A stretch of DNA of 64,000 bases from the NCBI GenBank assembly GCA_012295275.1, contig CM022677.1, positions 17,980,001 through 18,044,000 of the forward strand. The letters run 5' to 3'. How positions within the stretch are numbered: the stretch's first letter is position 1; every line of letters begins with the position of its first letter. The position numbers and the translations under genes were made by a program. This stretch comes from Chrysomallon squamiferum (taxonomy: Eukaryota > Animalia > Mollusca). This document shows, one piece after another, positions 57,021 through 64,000 of this stretch. Under the pieces are notes generated by a model. The model was given only the letters and a program-made list of their open reading frames with translations. It did not search any database and was not told the origin of the DNA.

Positions 57021-57168
57021 GTATGTATGTAACAACAGAAACAACAACAACATAATAAATAATAATAATAATAAATAATAATAATAATAATAGTAGTAGT
57101 AGTAGTAGTAGTAATAATAATAATAATAGTAATAGTAGTAATAAATAATAATAATAATAATAGTAGTA

Positions 57169-57239
<71 letters not shown>

Positions 57240-60200
57240 TATAGTGATGATTTTGAATATGGAAATGATAAAAATAACATTTGCAGTAACGGCGACTGTA
57301 ATGATGATGATAACAACAGCAACAACAGCGGCAGCAACCATTACAAGAGGAACAGCAACTACAGCAACAAGCAAAAACATTCACTTACTGAACCTTCATT
57401 GTCTAAATTCGATTATTTTAATGAATTTTTTTTAAAGCAATTAAACAACAATTGCAATAATAACAACAAAGTAAAAAGAAAAAAAAAAGAACACAAGAAC
57501 AAAATAAGATAAGAAAATAAGAAAAAGAAAAATAAATAACAAAATAACAGAGAAACCAACTCACAAATATATTTGCTTCTCAGTCTGTTAAACTTCTTTT
57601 ATACGATAAAAACTGACCAATGAAAAACCAGTTTGTAATTTAAGAGAAGTAAAGCAACAAATGAAAATCCTTGTTTCGGTTTATTTCGTTTAAACTGTTA
57701 TTTATTTTTGTTTGTTTTGTTTTACTTCGTTTCATAGAAAATTATATATTTATAAATTCTTTATTCAATTATTTTTTAAATTTATTTATTTGAAAAAAAA
57801 AAAAAAAAAAAAAAAAAGCTAATTTTAGTTTTCAGTAAAAAATTAAATCTTGATTTTTTTTTTTTTTCTTGCGAAATCGATATTGGAGAATACTATTTCT
57901 TTTAAACCAATTTTCTTTTCTTTTTTCTAATCGTCTTTTCCGCTGCAGATAAACTTATCGATTTCTCCGTGCCCTTTCATATAATATAAATTTACGAGCT
58001 GGTGGAATTAACAAAAATGTGAAATGGATATCTTTTAAACAAACTCGACATGGAACACGATACTACTTATTACCATTCAAACTATTTTGTATCTGTTTGA
58101 TTCATTTGTAGATTAATTTAACCTTTTTTATGTGTCTTCACATTGCTAGTGGGAAGAAATCCTCTCCTCTCTCTCTGCATTTGTATATCTCTCTGTAAAT
58201 CTGTCATCTGTGTATGTTTGTATTATGTATGTATGTATGTATGTATGTATGTATGTATGTATGTATGTATGTATGTATGTATGTATGTATGTATGTATGT
58301 ATGTATGTATGTATGTATGTATGTATGTATGTATGTATGTATGTATGTATGTATGTACGTATGTGTGTGTATGTATGTATATATGCATCTATCTATGTAT
58401 ATATCTTTCTATTTGTCTACCTTTCTGTTTGTCTATCTGTCTGTCTTTCTATCTATCGATCTGTCTATTTATCTATCTCTCTATCTCTCTTTCTGTCTAT
58501 CTATCTCTCTATCTGCTTGTATGTCAACATGCCTGTCCGTCTCGCTGTCTGTCTGTCTGTCTGTCTATCTATTCACTATATACAGTGGCAAGATATAATG
58601 ACTAGATACATTTTTGGATTTATAGGGCACAGACCAAGATGGTCGTTTTTTTGTTTTTTCTTCAGCGGATCTGATTATTCTCATGTAACATCAGACGTAT
58701 GCAGCACATGTAGTCGTTGTTGTCGTCACAGTAGTAATAGTAGTTTTAACACTGTTGTGCGAGAGGTGGCAGTAATTACAACGACGTCCGCGTTAATGCG
58801 CAAAACGTCGACGACAACGACAGTTAAAAGAAGATAATGTACTTTACTCTGAGAGACAAATAATTTTGCACTTTTGTCATTATTATTATTTTTTCTTTCT
58901 TTATCTTCTTTACTGTCACTCATCGATGTTTTGTGTACGTGATTACAACCTTTCAAATTTCATTACAAAGAAGTCGACAGTAATTTTCAGACTTGTCATT
59001 AGCGCGGTCAGAAAGTGTGACAAATGATTTTTTTATTTTCAAATTAAGGGTACCTTGATAACTATGGACTATCAATTGCATTGTAAAACGTAGAATCAAA
59101 TATTCATAATTTTCTTTATTGATTTCTTTAATATGCAGGTAGACTATAATTGATTTAACTGTAAAAAAAATTACCAGCAAATTCTTTATACAATATTCAG
59201 TTGAACATGTTTTATTTTTAATGAGCAAATTCTGTAGTTTTAATTTTGACATATAAAAACAGATATTTCTTATATATTTCAACATTGTAATCAAACTATT
59301 CATAATCATTCGTGATTATTCAGTTGAATAAAATTATTTTTAAATATTACAGTCTATATTTTAAAGGTTATATCCAAATATTTATAAACAAACAATGATA
59401 ATTAAACTAAAATATATTCATTGATTGTTCAGTTGAATTTGTATGTGCGTTTGTGTGTTCATACGTATGTATGTATGTATGTATATATGTTTATATATGT
59501 ATGTATGTATGTTTTATGTATGTGTGTATGTATATATATCTATACATAGATACATACATATATACATGCAAGGCTGGATGTATGTATATATGTATGTATC
59601 TATGTCTATATAAATGTATGTATGTATGTGTGTGTATGTGTGTATATGTATTGTGTATGAAATGGATGATGATTTTTGTTTTATATTATATCGAAATATA
59701 CACACACACAGATACACACATACATATGAACATACATACTTACATACATACATACATACATACATAACCATATACCCACATATTCACATACACACACACA
59801 CACACACACACATATATCATTTATATCTCGATATATAATAAAAGAACAGTCATTAACTAGCCAAACATACCTTTCACTTTTAATAATCAAATTCTGTATT
59901 TAAACTATCAGCAAACTCGCACGAAAACACTGCTCTGGTTCTCTCCTTCTTTTTTATTTTTCTCTTTTCACCAAAATGTCAGAATAACTGGAACATCTTC
60001 CTTTTCTGGATTTTACAATTATCACAGTTTATTTGCTTTGTCACGCGATCTCCTGTGAAAGTTAATCACACACGTCATACTGCGTCTTCGTGATTGGACG
60101 AAAGAAAATGTTTTTAAAAGACTGAGTACTGATGTCGGCGAACGAGGAGAAAGTGTGCATGGTAAAATAGCTGATAGAGTTTTTACGTCGTCTGAAAGGT

Positions 60201-61762
60201 TTGGCTTGAAAATGCGATCAAGATAGTGTAAGCAATATAGATAGACAGATAGATAGATAGATAGATAGAGAGAGTGGGAGGGAGGGAGAGAGAGAGACAG
60301 AGAGAGAGACAGACAGAGAGAAAGAGAGAGAGATAGAGAGAGAGAAAGAGAGAGAGAAAGAGAAAGACAAAGAGAGAGACAAAGAGAGAGAGAGAGAGTG
60401 TGTGTGACAAAGAGAGAGAGAAAGACAGAAAGAGAAATTATACCTATCGATGACTAGATAGATGGATAGATGGATAGATGGATAGATGGAGGAATGGATG
60501 GACGGATGGATAGGGATGGGTGGATGGAAGGATAAACATACTGACTGATGAATGGATGAATAGACAGAAATATCGATAGACTATACAGTCAGATAGAAGC
60601 AGAGACTTCAGAAAGAAAATGTAAATAAATTCAATTTATTTATTTATTTATTTATTTATTTATTCCTTTTTTTTAATAATTGTTATTTGTTTATTTAATT
60701 TTTTTTAAATGAATCTCAAAGTAAGGATGTCGGATATCATGTATTATTAGCTGTAAAAGGACATTTTTTAAATATTTTGTCTAATGAATTGTGACAGGTT
60801 GGAATCACATACTGATGACGTATATCAGCAGAAACAGATAGATCATGAAGTGATATTAAAAACAGATCTTTTTCTTCTTCTTCCTCTTCTTCTTCTTCAT
60901 CTTCTTCTAAGTAAATAAGTAAGTAAGTTAGTAAGTAACTAAGTAAAGAAATAAATAAAATTAGTAATAAATGCCTAGAGAAAATATTAATAATCAGTAA
61001 TAATGATAATGATGATGATAATAAATAAATAAATAAATAAATAAATAAATAGCCAAATAAATAAATAAATAAATAAATAAATAGCCAAATAAATAACTAA
61101 ATAAATAAATAAATAAGTAAGTAAGTAAGTAAGTAAGTATGTAAATAAATAAATAGCTAAATAAATAAATAGATAAAAATATCATTCATCTTATTTGAAA
61201 TAAAGGCGAGACAAGACTCATTGGTGAACTGTTTCAACATAGAACTTTAAAGTAATGTTTTATTATTGGTCTGTATTGTATCGAACTCCGAGGTACATTT
61301 TTACTGATTCCTATTTTTTTTTTATCATCGTAATGAATTAGCCAGAAAAATCTGCTTTTTTTTTTTTGCCTCTCTCTTTCTTTGTCTCATTTTAAAAAAT
61401 AAAAAAAATAAAAATAAAATAATAATAATTTAATGTTAATGTTAATATTACTTCGGATAAAATTGTATGTCAGATTTGAACTCCATTTTCGACTTTCTAA
61501 TCCAGGAATAATATTTGTACTTTTTGCTAAATGGGCTGACTGATTTTTCCCATAATCCTCTGGCAATGGCTGCTAACTGTTTCACTCACGTCAGCCACCC
61601 AGGTTGTCATAGAAACGGATGTTGTCGTCTGCTGTCTGTAATATTTATTTATTTATTTATTGTTATTGTTTTTTAAACTGAATTTAATAGCAACTGATGC
61701 TTAAACATATTTATTTATTTATTTATTTATTGTTGTAGTTGTTGTTGTTATTATTATTATTA

Positions 61763-61811
<49 letters not shown>

Positions 61812-62804
61812 TGAACTGAATAGCGGCTAATGCTAGTAAACTAAATAAATATTATTTTTAAATTGTTCAGATTGTTTTATCACATGGCATTTCTTTTTTA
61901 AATGACTTAATCGTTATGTACATGCAAAGGAGTAGTCTGTATATCTGTCTCTCTGCCTGTCATTCTATGTCTGCCTAAAAATCTATCTATCTATCTATCT
62001 ATCTATCAGTACATCTATGTATCTGTTTGTCTGTTTTTCTGTCTGTCTCTTATTCTTGATGCCTATATCTCTCTTATCCTGTATGTCTATCTCTCTCTTA
62101 TCCTGTTTGTATGCCTGCCCGTTTGCATATTTGCCATCTGATTCTATCTGTTTGGCCTCTTTATCTGTCAGTCTCTCTCTGTGTCTGTCTTTCTTTCTGA
62201 CTATTCACCCGTCCTTCCATCCGTCTCTCTGTCTCACTTTACAAATATCTGTATCTTCTGAACTGAGTCACGTGTGTGTACGTGTGTGTGCTATTAGTTC
62301 GATATTAAACATTTTCAAATGAAGCACAACACAATTCAATAACTGACTTTATTCAATGAATGTGTGAACCGTTTTAAAAATGACATAATTTATATTCCAT
62401 TTAGCCTTAGCTGTCTTCGAGTAATTACTCATTTACAACGTATTAACTCTATTCAGCTGCATCTGTCAATTCACAAATACATTTCACATTAAACTTTTTC
62501 AGTAGTCCACCTATGTAATCTGACTCATTGCATTTCAATACAAAGTTTAAATATTCCAATAAACGTTTCGTACATGCTTCAGTATTCACAATACTATTTT
62601 AATATTAATCTTTTTTTTCCATTAGCTTACCGTTATATCTGACTGATGATTATTTAATATTACGTATTTATATACATTATAACTATGCTCTTAACCTTTT
62701 CACAACAATAGTTCACTTAGGTTTTTTTTTTTACAGTCATAATTCGTAATATTCGTTTATGTTAGACGCAAATGAATATTATATATATATTGTGTGTGTG
62801 TGTC

Positions 62805-62837
<33 letters not shown>

Positions 62838-62901
62838 GTAATAATAACGTTAGCTATAATAATAACAATAATAATGACAGTAAAAAGAGAAATAACCGAA
62901 G

Positions 62902-62945
<44 letters not shown>

Positions 62946-63194
62946 CAATAATAATAATAATAATAATAACAGTAATAACAACAACAACGATAATAATAAT
63001 AGTAGTAATAATAACAATAATAATAACAACAGCAATAACAACAACAACAAGAATACTACTACTACTACTACTAATAATAATAATAATAATAACAGTAATA
63101 ACAACAACAACGATAATAATAATAGTAGTAATAATAACAGTAATAACAACAACAACAACAACAAGACTACTACTACTACTACTACTAATAATAA

Positions 63195-63415
63195 TAATAT
63201 CAATACTCGTTTTAAGACAGGATTTCTTTCTAAAAGTGTACATTGACATAATCAATATTTCTTTCATTAACAGATAAGTGTTACCAGCTAAACCTGTCAA
63301 AGTTCATTACGAAGAAAATTCAAATCATTTTCTTGTCACCATTAATTCTGTTTATTGTCAGAAACTGAATCAACTTTCAAGGTCGTTGCTTTTGTTTCTG
63401 TTGCTGTTGTTATTA
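63195..63415 (-). repeat. Inverted paralog of 3120-3330 (GPCR-1 upstream region)
   Basis: gacaggatt...gtacattgacataatcaatatttctttcattaacagataagtgttaccag...gaaactgaatcaactttc is the reverse complement of 3153-3316. Confidence 0.88.
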
Positions 63416-63677
63416 TTGTTTTTACTATTTCTAGTGAAAGTAGAATGACCGATGTTGCTGCTACTGCTACTACCATTGTTTCTACTACAACAACAGCAAC
63501 AACTACTACTTTTGTTACCACTACTATAACTACTACTTCTACTACTACTACTTCAGTGCTATTACTACTACTACTATTACTATTACCAATTCTACTACTA
63601 CTGCTAGCATTTTATCATCGTCGTCATCATTATGATCATCATCATTATTATTAATGTTATCATTATTATTAATATTA

Positions 63678-63714
<37 letters not shown>

Positions 63715-63838
63715 GTCTTTACAATTACCGCCGTAAGCACTATTGCTAGTACTATACTACTACTACTACTATAATAATATATTTTCGTATTACCAATTAC
63801 TACCAGCACCATCATAATGTCTAAGTTACAACAACAAC

Positions 63839-63876
<38 letters not shown>

Positions 63877-64000
63877 TGATGATGAAGAAGAAGAAGAAGA
63901 AGACAAAGAAGAAGAAGAAGAAGAAGAAGAAGAAGAAGAAGAAGAAGAAGAAGAAGAAGAAGAAGAAGAAGAAGAAAACTAGAAAAAAATCGAATCTAAA

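Overview
This is AT-rich, microsatellite-dense eukaryotic DNA, most likely from a mollusc (gastropod); that is inferred from the receptor family and from a SINE resembling the Nin/Deu type. The window holds a cluster of rhodopsin-class (class A) GPCRs of the FMRFamide-receptor-like/Srw-like putative chemoreceptor type, all on the minus strand and each with an uninterrupted coding region. Three are intact (573-1721, 22188-23363, 53142-54287). A fourth (44202-45354) is a heavily frameshifted pseudogene that the ORF track shows only as fragments. The first two genes sit in a degraded tandem segmental duplication (~1-19360 vs ~20625-34040). The most striking signal is non-coding. Several modules recur in the same order upstream of receptors whose coding regions are strongly diverged: an AAATGACGTTTTCTTTCATCACGTTAAT core (5 copies), a ~200-bp block (4 copies) and a GTAAGT-ending candidate 5' exon (3 copies). 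The two duplicated units also share an RFX X-box plus CTCF-motif cassette and a triple CRE. Together these look like a shared cis-regulatory grammar for a receptor cluster. An inverted paralogous block near the right edge predicts another receptor on the plus strand just beyond the window. Almost all other ORFs in the track are translations of simple repeats. All identities and motif matches were judged by eye; no alignment or database search was run.
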